Origin: Bacteroidia bacterium
GTDB lineage: Bacteria; Bacteroidota; Bacteroidia; SXHM01
Assembly: GCA_050186075.1 (NCBI GenBank)
Contig: JBFWYU010000004.1
Coordinates: 15,337-79,336, forward strand
DNA length: 64,000 nt
Direction of reading: 5' to 3'
In this document: positions 1-7,871 of the stretch, piece by piece
Layout of the letters: each line of letters opens with the position of its first letter
How positions within the stretch are numbered: the first letter of the stretch is position 1
Program-made: the position numbers and the translations under genes
The notes under the pieces: model-generated
Told to the model about the DNA's origin: nothing
Databases searched by the model: none
The model's input: only the letters and a program-made list of their open reading frames with translations

Positions 1-459
1 AATAAAAGCGTGGGCAGTGTTTTTAACCACAGCGAGCGCTCAACTGTGCGCGATGGCATGGATATTTCACTCTGCTGCGTGGATTATACCACTATGACAC
101 TGGAATATGCCGGTGCATTTAATCCGCTCTACTATTTCACAAAAGGGGGGTTCAAAAAAATAAAAGGCAATCGTTTTCCCATTGGTTCGTTTCAGGGTGA
201 AGAACTGAAAGAGTTTGTAAATCACGAAATCAATATCAAGCCCGGTGACGTATTTTACATTTTTACCGATGGCTTTGCTGACCAGTTTGGCGGACCAAAA
301 GAGAAGAAATTCAAGCAACGACAGTTTGTTGAATTGTTGCTTGAAAACTACGATACTCCAATGCACAATCAGGAAAATCTCCTGCGCAAAACAATTTTGG
401 ACTGGCAGGGCAATAATGAGCAGGTAGACGATATGCTAGTTATCGGGTTCAGGATTTAA
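1..459 (+). CDS. PP2C/SpoIIE-type serine phosphatase, C-terminal fragment (gene begins upstream of window)
   Basis: Frame is open from nt 1; annotated ORF begins at GTG 10. C-terminus ...GFADQFGGPKEKKF...WQGNNEQVDDMLVIGFRI closely parallels the end of the PAS-PP2C protein at 4994..6295. Confidence 0.6.
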   Translation, partial: NKSVGSVFNHSERSTVRDGMDISLCCVDYTTMTLEYAGAFNPLYYFTKGGFKKIKGNRFPIGSFQGEELKEFVNHEINIKPGDVFYIFTDGFADQFGGPKEKKFKQRQFVELLLENYDTPMHNQENLLRKTILDWQGNNEQVDDMLVIGFRI

Positions 460-498
460 CAAAGAATTTTTTATCTTTCGCTGCAATTAACGTGCAGC

Positions 499-3400
499 AT
501 GGATAAACCTCAAACCTCAACTGCTTCAAGAAAGCCTGTTATAATCGGGCTTGTCGTGTTTTTTGCACTGCTTGCATTAACTCAGTTTCTTTCTTATCAG
601 CGTTATGTAATAAACTCAACTGCTGAACAGCGCGAAATAACCAATGCTGCAAATGCTGCCAAAGAGCGATTGCAAAACTCATTACAATCAAGTTTCAATG
701 CCACCAAAACCCTGGCATTTATTGTTGAAAAATATGGCAGCCCCAAAGATTTTAACGGAGTAGCAAAACCATTGCTCGAATCCAATCAATTTGTTGATGC
801 TATCCAACTGGTAAAAGCCGGTGTTATAACTAATGTTTATCCTCTGAAAGGTAATGAGTCTGTAATTGGTTACGACATTTTAAAAGATCCTGACCGCAAG
901 CGGGAGGCAGTAAAAGCAATTGAAAAAAAAGAACTTTATTTTTCAGGACCCTTTGAGTTAAAACAAGGAGGCATCGGAGTTGTAGGCAGACAACCCATTT
1001 TCATCAAAAATAAGTTCTGGGGCTTTGCGGCTGTGGTTATAAAACTTCCAACGCTGTTAAAAGCTGCCGGTATAGACAGCACAGAAAACAAAGATTATAT
1101 CTTTCAACTATCAAAATTTAATTCTGTTACACAGCAGGAAGAATTCTTTTTACCGCACCCTGAAAAATTTAAAAACGGACACTTTGTTTCTGTCAATGTT
1201 CCTGATGGCGATTGGAAAATATACGCTCAGAGCAAACACAATCGTGTATTCCCGTTGTCAATAATGTTTGTTATTTTGGGAATTGCATTGGCAACTTTAG
1301 GTGGCTTATTCGCCTGGTATTTTATCCGTCAGCCCGAAGAGTTGAACAGACAGGTAAAAGAAAAAACGCAACAACTCAGAGCAAGCGAAAACAATTACCG
1401 CACAACTTTGGGAAGGGTTAGCGATGCTTTTGTTGCCTTAGACAAAAACTGGCGCTATACATTTTTGAATGATGCTGCACTTGTAAACCATCCCTTAGGA
1501 AGAGAAGAAACTTTAGGCAAAATAATCTGGGATGTTCATCCCGAAATGAAGGGAACAATCTTTGAGAAGAAGTATTACGAAGCGATGGAAACCGGAAAAG
1601 TTACTGAAGCTGAAAGTTACTATCCGCCTTTAGATATATGGTTTTCGGTAAAAGTGTATCCTTCAGCTGATGGTTTAACCATCTTTTACAAAGACATTAC
1701 CGAATCCAAAAAAGCTGAACAACAGATTGTCCGCGAAAAAAATCTTTCCGATTCAGTTATTAATAGTCTGCCCGGCCTGTTTTATCTCTATGACGAAACA
1801 GGAAAATTTCTGCGATGGAACAAAAACTTTGAAACCATTTCGGGCTATTCAGGTCAGGAGATTGAGAAAATGCACCCGCTCGATTTTTTCCCTGAGGAAG
1901 AAAAACAATTGCTCACCGAAAAAATACAATCTGTTTTTCGCGGAGGCAATGATGATGTAGAGGCCAACTTCTTCACAAAAGACAGCAGAAAAATTCCTTA
2001 TTACTTTAATGGTTGGGTAACAGAGTACGAAGGCAAAAAATGTTTGCTGGGCGTGGGTATTGACATAACAGAACGCAAAAAAACTGAGACAGAACTCAAA
2101 TTATCTATTGAGCGATTCAACATCAGTGCAAAGGCAACCAACGATATTATCTGGGATTGGAATTTGAAAGATAATGGTATTTGGTGGAACGAAAATTTTT
2201 ATTCAACCTTTAATTACAGAAGAGACGATGTTCCCCTCGTAATTGATTTTTGGGATGAACGTTTGCACCCCGAAGACAAAGAACGCGTTTCAACTAAAAT
2301 TCGCGAGGCAATTGAAAAACGCGAAAACTTCTGGGCCGATGAATACCGTTTTTTAGACAGCGCAAACAACGTGTTTTACATTTACGATCGCGCCTATATT
2401 ACCTACGACAAAAACAACGAGCCCTACCGTATGGTTGGCGCCATGATTAACATTACCGACCGCAAAATTGCCGAAGAAAAAATAATTAAAACAAGCCGCT
2501 TATACTATGTTATCAGCCGCATTAATCAGATGCTTGTTCATGCTCTGGATGAACAAACCCTGTTTGGTGAAGCCTGCCGCATTGCTGTTGAACAGGGAAA
2601 ATTCCGTATGGCATGGATTGGGTTGGTTGACGAACAGACAAAACAGGTTGTTCCGGTTATGCATGCAGGCGAAGAACACGGATACCTTTCGCATATAAAA
2701 TCCATTTCCGTTGAAAATATTCCCGAAGGACAGGGTCCAACCGGCACTACCCTGCGCGAAGGTCACTATACCTGCTGCAACGATATTGAAAACGATTCGC
2801 ACATGCTCTCATGGAAAGATGAAGCGCTTGCCCGCGGCTACCGTTCCAGCATCAGTTTGCCGATTAAAAAATTCGGAAAACTGGTTGGTGCTTTCAATCT
2901 GTATGCTGACTCTGTAAACTTTTTTGATGAAGGAGAAATTGCACTACTGCTTGAAACAACCAACAACATTTCGTTCGCGCTCGAAAATTTTGAGAAAGAA
3001 CGAATGCGCAAACGTGCCAATGAAGAAGTGGTGAAGTCGCGTGAAGAATTGCGCGAACTCTCGGCCTACCTGCAGGGTGTTCGTGAAGAAGAACGTACAC
3101 ACATTGCCCGCGAAATTCATGACGAGCTTGGACAACAACTTACAGGCCTTAAAATGGATATAGCCTGGATAAAAAACAAAAGCGAAAAAGAATTTCAATT
3201 TCCATTGCTGCGCGAAAAAACAAACGACATGATTGACCTGGTTAACAACGCCATCACCTCCGTGCGCAAAATTGCCAAGCAACTTCGCCCCGGCATTTTG
3301 GACGACCTTGGTCTGGAAGCCGCCATTGAATGGCAGGCAAATGAGTTTGCTGAGAGAACCGGAATAAAATTCACCGTTGAATCAAAGCTGAACGGACAGG

Positions 3401-3702
3401 ACTTTTCAAAAGAAATAAATACTGCCGTTTTCCGCATTTTCCAGGAATCACTTACAAATATTGCCCGCCACTCACAGGCAACGCAGGTAAGCGTTAAACT
3501 TTTTACCAGTGGCAACAAACTAATTCTTCAGATCATTGACAACGGAATTGGCATCAGTGAAAACCGCAAATCCAACACGCTTTCCTTCGGTTTGCTCGGA
3601 ATGAATGAGCGTGCTGCCCACCTCAATGGAACTTTTTCAGTTGAAAAATATCCGCAAGGCGGAACTATTGTAATTCTTCAAATACCTTTACCCGCAGTAT
3701 GA
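499..3702 (+). CDS. Sensor histidine kinase: N-terminal TM, periplasmic CHASE-like domain, second TM, several PAS repeats, GAF domain, HisKA_3 H-box and HATPase_c (NarL-type kinase)
   Basis: 1067 aa ORF. CHASE-like stretch YPLKGNESVIGYDILKDPDRKREAVKAIEKKELYFSGPFELKQGGIGVVGRQPIF between two hydrophobic segments. H-box HIAREIHDELGQQLTGLKMDI and G-boxes near the C-terminus. ATGA overlap with the downstream regulator. Confidence 0.8.
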   Translation: MDKPQTSTASRKPVIIGLVVFFALLALTQFLSYQRYVINSTAEQREITNAANAAKERLQNSLQSSFNATKTLAFIVEKYGSPKDFNGVAKPLLESNQFVDAIQLVKAGVITNVYPLKGNESVIGYDILKDPDRKREAVKAIEKKELYFSGPFELKQGGIGVVGRQPIFIKNKFWGFAAVVIKLPTLLKAAGIDSTENKDYIFQLSKFNSVTQQEEFFLPHPEKFKNGHFVSVNVPDGDWKIYAQSKHNRVFPLSIMFVILGIALATLGGLFAWYFIRQPEELNRQVKEKTQQLRASENNYRTTLGRVSDAFVALDKNWRYTFLNDAALVNHPLGREETLGKIIWDVHPEMKGTIFEKKYYEAMETGKVTEAESYYPPLDIWFSVKVYPSADGLTIFYKDITESKKAEQQIVREKNLSDSVINSLPGLFYLYDETGKFLRWNKNFETISGYSGQEIEKMHPLDFFPEEEKQLLTEKIQSVFRGGNDDVEANFFTKDSRKIPYYFNGWVTEYEGKKCLLGVGIDITERKKTETELKLSIERFNISAKATNDIIWDWNLKDNGIWWNENFYSTFNYRRDDVPLVIDFWDERLHPEDKERVSTKIREAIEKRENFWADEYRFLDSANNVFYIYDRAYITYDKNNEPYRMVGAMINITDRKIAEEKIIKTSRLYYVISRINQMLVHALDEQTLFGEACRIAVEQGKFRMAWIGLVDEQTKQVVPVMHAGEEHGYLSHIKSISVENIPEGQGPTGTTLREGHYTCCNDIENDSHMLSWKDEALARGYRSSISLPIKKFGKLVGAFNLYADSVNFFDEGEIALLLETTNNISFALENFEKERMRKRANEEVVKSREELRELSAYLQGVREEERTHIAREIHDELGQQLTGLKMDIAWIKNKSEKEFQFPLLREKTNDMIDLVNNAITSVRKIAKQLRPGILDDLGLEAAIEWQANEFAERTGIKFTVESKLNGQDFSKEINTAVFRIFQESLTNIARHSQATQVSVKLFTSGNKLILQIIDNGIGISENRKSNTLSFGLLGMNERAAHLNGTFSVEKYPQGGTIVILQIPLPAV

Positions 3703-4325
3703 AATTCCTGATAGCCGATGACCATGCCATAGTGCGCAAAGGATTAGCGCAATTGCTGCGCGAAGAGTTTTCCGATGCCGAAATTCAGGAAGCATCTAAC
3801 AGCAACGAAATAATCGAAAAAGCTAAAAGTGCAATTTGGGATACTATTCTCATGGACATTTCAATGCCCGGCCGCAACGGCTTGGAAACACTCAAACAAA
3901 TCCGCGACATGGGTGTAAAAGCACCCGTGCTTGTCATAAGCATGCACCCCGAAGAACAATATGCTGTGCGCGTTATCAAAGCCGGAGCATCAGGTTTTTT
4001 AAATAAAGACAGCGCAACCGATGAACTGATTGCCGCAGTTCACAAAGTGCTGCTCGGCAAAAAATACATCAGCGCTACCTTGGCCGAAAAATTAGCCGAG
4101 GGCATTGACTCATCTTCACAAAAGCCGGCACACGAATTATTATCCGACCGCGAGCTGCAGGTTTTTCAGCTACTGGCTTCGGGCAAAACAGTAGGCGAAA
4201 TTGCCGATGAAATTTCACTCAGCGTAAATACCATCAGCACCTACCGTGCCCGCATTCTCGAAAAACTAAACCTTAGCAACAACGCTGAGCTCACCCGCTA
4301 CGCGCTGGATAACGGCCTGGCGTAG
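3699..4325 (+). CDS. Response regulator, NarL/FixJ family (REC + LuxR-type HTH)
   Basis: N-terminal receiver (LIADDH...DISMPG) and C-terminal LuxR HTH (LSDRELQVFQLLASGKTVGEIADEISLSVNTISTYRARILEKL). Translationally coupled to the kinase (ATGA). Confidence 0.85.
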   Translation: MKFLIADDHAIVRKGLAQLLREEFSDAEIQEASNSNEIIEKAKSAIWDTILMDISMPGRNGLETLKQIRDMGVKAPVLVISMHPEEQYAVRVIKAGASGFLNKDSATDELIAAVHKVLLGKKYISATLAEKLAEGIDSSSQKPAHELLSDRELQVFQLLASGKTVGEIADEISLSVNTISTYRARILEKLNLSNNAELTRYALDNGLA

Positions 4326-4328
4326 TTT

Positions 4329-4417
4329 CGTCATTGCGAGGCTTTTTCAGCCGAAGCAATCTCTTCAAATTGCGAGATTGCTTCACTGCTCCCGATAGCT
4401 ATCGGGACGCAATCACG
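4329..4417. repeat. REP-like nested palindromic intergenic element, copy 1 of 4
   Basis: cgtcattgcgag...gaagcaatctc...gagattgcttc...cccgatagctatcggg..cgcaatcacg. Outer IR cgtcattgcg/cgcaatcacg, inner IR gaagcaatctc/gagattgcttc. Starts 4 nt after the regulator stop codon. Confidence 0.7.
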
Positions 4418-4599
4418 TGTTCTACCCTTGTAGGACTATATTATCTACTCTTTTTCTACAAACAGTTAGCCCTCCTGGGCTTTAACAGCCTCGTAGAGGC
4501 GACCTGTTTGTAGTACAAACCACTACAAATCTTTCACACTCCTTACTATTTCGCAGCCCTTGCAGTTGCCGTTCCTTTGTGGTGTAAATTTTATATCAC

Positions 4600-5004
4600 A
4601 TGGAAGCAACAGAAAACACACTATCTCTTAAAGTATTAACCGTTGACGATTCACAAATCGTTTCAGACAACTTAAGCGAAATGTTGGGCGAGATTAAAAA
4701 CGTAAACTGGATTGGCCACGCCTTTACGCTTTCCGATGCATACCTCCATATCATTGAAAAAAGTCCTGAAGTAATTATTCTGGATATACAAATGAAAGAA
4801 GAAAGCGGTTTTGAACTGCTTGAGTTTTTAAAAGAAAAACATCCCGAGATTGATGTAATGATGTTTACCAATCTGTCCTACATGCCCTATCGCAAAAAAA
4901 GCATGGAACTGGGCGCTAAATATTTCCTGGATAAATCAACCGAGTTTGAAAAAATCCCCGAAATACTAACCAACATTTTAAAGAAAAAACAAAATGACAA
5001 CTGA
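4600..5004 (+). CDS. Stand-alone response-regulator receiver domain protein (CheY-like)
   Basis: 134 aa. VDDS...ILDIQMKEESGFELLEFLKEKHPEIDVMMFTNLS...LGAKYFLDKS receiver motifs. Overlaps the next gene by 11 nt. Confidence 0.75.
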   Translation: MEATENTLSLKVLTVDDSQIVSDNLSEMLGEIKNVNWIGHAFTLSDAYLHIIEKSPEVIILDIQMKEESGFELLEFLKEKHPEIDVMMFTNLSYMPYRKKSMELGAKYFLDKSTEFEKIPEILTNILKKKQNDN

Positions 5005-6295
5005 TTTCATAATTGAAAAAGCAGAGCGCTACCGTCTGCTGGCTCAATTTTCAACCGACATCATTTCAACACTCACACCCGAAGGCATCTACACCTTTGT
5101 TTCGCCTGCAAGCAAAACTATTTTAGGTTACGAGCCGGACGACTTAATAGGCACCTTAGCCTACAACATCATGCATCCCGATGATATCGAGAAAATAGGT
5201 ATTCTGCACATAAAAATGCTTGCCGATAAAGAAAAAACCATCTTCTCCTCGCGCATGCGCAACAAGGCAGGCAACTACATCTGGCTCGAAACCACTTCAC
5301 AACCCATCCTGAATCCCGAAACCGGTGATATTGACGAAATAATAGTAGTGTCGCGCGACATTACTGCACGCATTGAGCTCGAGAAAAAGGTAAAAGCCGA
5401 AATGGAAAAAGTGCGCGAAGAACTGGAACTGATGGTAGAAGAACGCACCAAACTGCTTCAACTCGCTAATGGTGCCCTGCGCGATGAGGTGAACAAACGC
5501 ACCGAGGTTACCCGCCTCATGACTCAAAAGAACAAGGAAGTAACCGACAGCATACAATACGCCAGACGCATACAAAAAGCGGTGCTTCCAAAGGCCGAAC
5601 GTTTTTACAAAATGTTCCCCGAATCATTTATTCTTTCAAAAGCAAAAGACATTGTAAACGGTGATTTCCTCTGGTTTCACGAAAACGGCAACAAGCAAAT
5701 AATCATCCTCAGCGATTGCTCAGGCCACGGAGTTCCCGGAGCATTTATGAGCATCATCGGAAACGATTTGCTCGACACCATCATTGCCTGCGAGGGCGAA
5801 ACAAACCCCTCACAAATTTTACAAAAACTCGAAGAGCGTTTAATTACCGCATTAAAAAACGGAGGCTCTGCCGAAGAAGTAAAAGACGGAATGGATATAG
5901 GCGTTTGCGTTATTGACCGCGCTGCAAATCAACTCAGTTTTGCAGGCGCCTACCGCCCCCTGTTTGTGCATACACCCGAAGGTCATTTACGCGAAATTCA
6001 GGGCAATCCCTATTCAATCGGTGGTGGAATAAACGGCCGGAAAAAGAATTTCCAGACAAGTACCATTGATATAACTCAAGGCACCACGTTTTACCTTACT
6101 TCAGATGGCTATTACTCACAGTTTGGCGGACCTCAGGGCAAAAAATTCATGAAATCAAAGTTTCGCGAAACGTTAACAGCAATAAGCGCTGAACCCATTG
6201 AACAACAAAAAGACAGTTTAATAAAAACATTGGCAGATTGGCAGGGAAGCAACGAGCAGGTAGATGATATCCTTGTTTTAGGTTTTAGGTTTTAG
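4994..6295 (+). CDS. PAS domain / coiled-coil / PP2C (SpoIIE-type) serine phosphatase, RsbU-like
   Basis: 433 aa. N-terminal PAS, central heptad-rich linker, C-terminal PP2C signature (DGDFLWF...LSDCSGHGVPGAFMS...DGMDIGVCVID...DDILVLGFRF). Confidence 0.8.
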   Translation: MTTDFIIEKAERYRLLAQFSTDIISTLTPEGIYTFVSPASKTILGYEPDDLIGTLAYNIMHPDDIEKIGILHIKMLADKEKTIFSSRMRNKAGNYIWLETTSQPILNPETGDIDEIIVVSRDITARIELEKKVKAEMEKVREELELMVEERTKLLQLANGALRDEVNKRTEVTRLMTQKNKEVTDSIQYARRIQKAVLPKAERFYKMFPESFILSKAKDIVNGDFLWFHENGNKQIIILSDCSGHGVPGAFMSIIGNDLLDTIIACEGETNPSQILQKLEERLITALKNGGSAEEVKDGMDIGVCVIDRAANQLSFAGAYRPLFVHTPEGHLREIQGNPYSIGGGINGRKKNFQTSTIDITQGTTFYLTSDGYYSQFGGPQGKKFMKSKFRETLTAISAEPIEQQKDSLIKTLADWQGSNEQVDDILVLGFRF

Positions 6296-6316
6296 GATGT
6301 CGCAATTGCCAATAAA

Positions 6317-6346
6317 CCCCGGCCCCAAAAAGGTCGGGGTTTTTTA
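6317..6346. terminator. Bidirectional rho-independent terminator between convergent genes
   Basis: ccccggcc-ccaaaaa-ggtcgggg stem-loop (one G-U pair) followed by tttttt; A-run on the other side. Confidence 0.6.
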
Positions 6347-6348
6347 TT

Positions 6349-6870
6349 TTACCCGAAATATTCCCTCACCGCCTTCTCCAACTCCTCCCCTTTTTGCGTT
6401 CCTATAAGCAACTTATCACCATTCTTCAGTTCTAGTTGCAGCCCCGTAGTTCCCGAAACATTACGCGCCTTATCCTTTCCCCAACCGCGTATTCCCCATC
6501 CGCCATATTCATAAATAGGTTTGTATTCACGCACATAAGCCTTTTCCAGTTCATCCCACCTCTTCAGTTTATACTTAATCTGAAAAGGAAAAAAACGATA
6601 ATAAACCCCTTCCGCATCCACTTTAGTATCCAACCTCAGCAAAACAAAAAATAAAATCAGCAGCGCAGGAACAGAACTAAACACCAACAGCATTTCATCA
6701 CTTGCCGGATTATCGCCAAACGGTTTACCCAAATAAAATTGCTGATACAAACCATAAACATGCAATCCTGCAACTCCAAAAATAATAAGCCATAGCCACC
6801 ATTGGGTAAAGCGTTGCGTTTCGGTGAAGGGTTTCATAGTGTATAAAGCATTAGTCCGGAAGGATTTCAT
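6349..6870 (-). CDS. Hypothetical membrane protein: two N-terminal TM helices and a C-terminal Gly/Trp-rich domain (bacterial PH-like?)
   Basis: 173 aa. Hydrophobic segments WWLWLIIFGVAGL and LLVFSSVPALLILFFVLL. C-terminus YEYGGWGIRGWGKDKARNVSGTTGLQLELKNGDKLLIG. Alternative start MKPF at 6837. Last gene of a minus-strand operon; terminator immediately downstream. Confidence 0.45.
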   Translation of the reverse strand: MKSFRTNALYTMKPFTETQRFTQWWLWLIIFGVAGLHVYGLYQQFYLGKPFGDNPASDEMLLVFSSVPALLILFFVLLRLDTKVDAEGVYYRFFPFQIKYKLKRWDELEKAYVREYKPIYEYGGWGIRGWGKDKARNVSGTTGLQLELKNGDKLLIGTQKGEELEKAVREYFG

Positions 6871-7402
6871 TGTCTAACTTTCTCATCAATCTGCTACAAA
6901 ACAATAGCAACTCAATTGCATCTATTTTTTGTATTTCAAAATTACCATGAGCTTTAGGATTACGAATTGCTAAAACCATTCCAGCAAAAATATATTTATA
7001 CCCTTCTTGCATTCCTTTCCAATCATCTTCGTCCTCGTTAAAGAGTCTAATTACCGGATTTTCTTGATTAAAAGCTTTCATCATAAGGCTTGTACCATCA
7101 TCTGTTTTTTTCGTTTTGCCTTTATAGTTCTTTTTAACTCTGCTAACAACTTCTACAATTGCGGCATAAACAGATTCTTTATAGTATTTATCATGAAACA
7201 ATTTAATAGAAACTTTATTAATCAAGGGATGTAATAAATCCGAAAGTTCTTTAAAACTACTCTTACTATCTAATTTATTAACTACTCTTCTTTTATTTTT
7301 AGGTTTATTGACGTCAATAAATACATCTATCGCTTTTTTAGCATCAGATTTTGAAATTTTGACCTTTTGAGCAATTATTTCTACTAGTTGAGCTTTGTTC
7401 AT
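6851..7402 (-). CDS. HU-like N-terminal helix segment fused to a HEPN-domain protein (predicted RNase, Rx4H motif RNPKAH)
   Basis: First ~31 aa MNKAQLVEIIAQKVKISKSDAKKAIDVFIDV match the alpha1-alpha2 region of Bacteroidetes HU proteins; the HU beta-arm is absent. C-terminus ...YKYIFAGMVLAIRNPKAHGNFEIQKIDAIELLLF carries the HEPN Rx4-6H signature (TIGR02391-like). Confidence 0.6.
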   Translation of the reverse strand: MNKAQLVEIIAQKVKISKSDAKKAIDVFIDVNKPKNKRRVVNKLDSKSSFKELSDLLHPLINKVSIKLFHDKYYKESVYAAIVEVVSRVKKNYKGKTKKTDDGTSLMMKAFNQENPVIRLFNEDEDDWKGMQEGYKYIFAGMVLAIRNPKAHGNFEIQKIDAIELLLFCSRLMRKLDNEILPD

Positions 7403-7487
7403 TTTACAACATATAAGTTTTCATACCCCAAAACTACCCAATTCCCGGGCACCCAACAAAAACCCTCCAAACTCTGCCATTTTCCCC

Positions 7488-7730
7488 TTACTTCTCGCCA
7501 TAAACCCTTGGCGTCTTTCCATATTCCTCTGGCGTCCTGCCAAAATTTCCTATATTCTTGCCAAATTTTCCTATATTCTTCCTAAAATCCTCTGTATCCT
7601 TGCCAAATTTCTCTGTATTCTTCCTGAAATCCTTTATATCCTTACCAAAATCATCTGTATTCTTACTAAATTCCTCTGTCTCCTTCCTGAATTTCTCTGT
7701 CTCCTCATCTGACACAATATGATCCTTCAC
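7488..7730 (-). CDS. Possible small protein made of 7-aa (F-x-K-x-T-E/D-E/D) tandem repeats; may be a non-coding 21-bp repeat instead
   Basis: 80 aa ORF, ...FRKETEEFSKNTDDFGKDIKDFRKNTEKFGKDTEDFRKNIGKFGKNIGNFGRTPEE...; same orientation as the two downstream genes. The opposite strand also gives an open (hydrophobic) frame, so coding status is unresolved. Confidence 0.3.
   Translation of the reverse strand: MKDHIVSDEETEKFRKETEEFSKNTDDFGKDIKDFRKNTEKFGKDTEDFRKNIGKFGKNIGNFGRTPEEYGKTPRVYGEK
7508..7718. repeat. Tandem array of ~10 degenerate 21-bp direct repeats
   Basis: Units tatattcttgccaaattttcc / tatattcttcctaaaatcctc / tgtatccttgccaaatttctc / tgtattcttcctgaaatcctt / tatatccttaccaaaatcatc / tgtattcttactaaattcctc / tgtctccttcctgaatttctc / tgtctcctcatctgacacaat, all in 21-nt phase. 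Confidence 0.75.
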
Positions 7731-7871
7731 AAACCCTCCTCACACCAAAACCACTAAACCCATCTCACTGCTCTTAGGTATATAACTTTTAACTCTTTTT
7801 ATGAAAAATCACCTTTGCGTCCCTGCACCTTTGCGAGCAATCTTATTTATCTTTGCCCAAAACCTATCACC

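Noticed and set aside
7395-7712. Plus-strand 105-aa hydrophobic ORF across the 21-bp tandem repeat
   Set aside because: Because the period is 21 nt, any strand/frame stays open. The plus-strand product is a featureless Leu/Ile/Cys repeat running opposite to both flanking operons. Kept only as an alternative in the finding.
7815-7871. Upstream extensions of ORFs via TTG/GTG (7815, 19590, 25654, 54980) or an earlier in-frame ATG (11470)
   Set aside because: Downstream ATG codons give N-termini matching family conventions (MKYAQIP for aminopeptidase, MEPQTQ for NrdB, MAETG for isochorismatase). The extensions add non-conserved, oddly composed residues.
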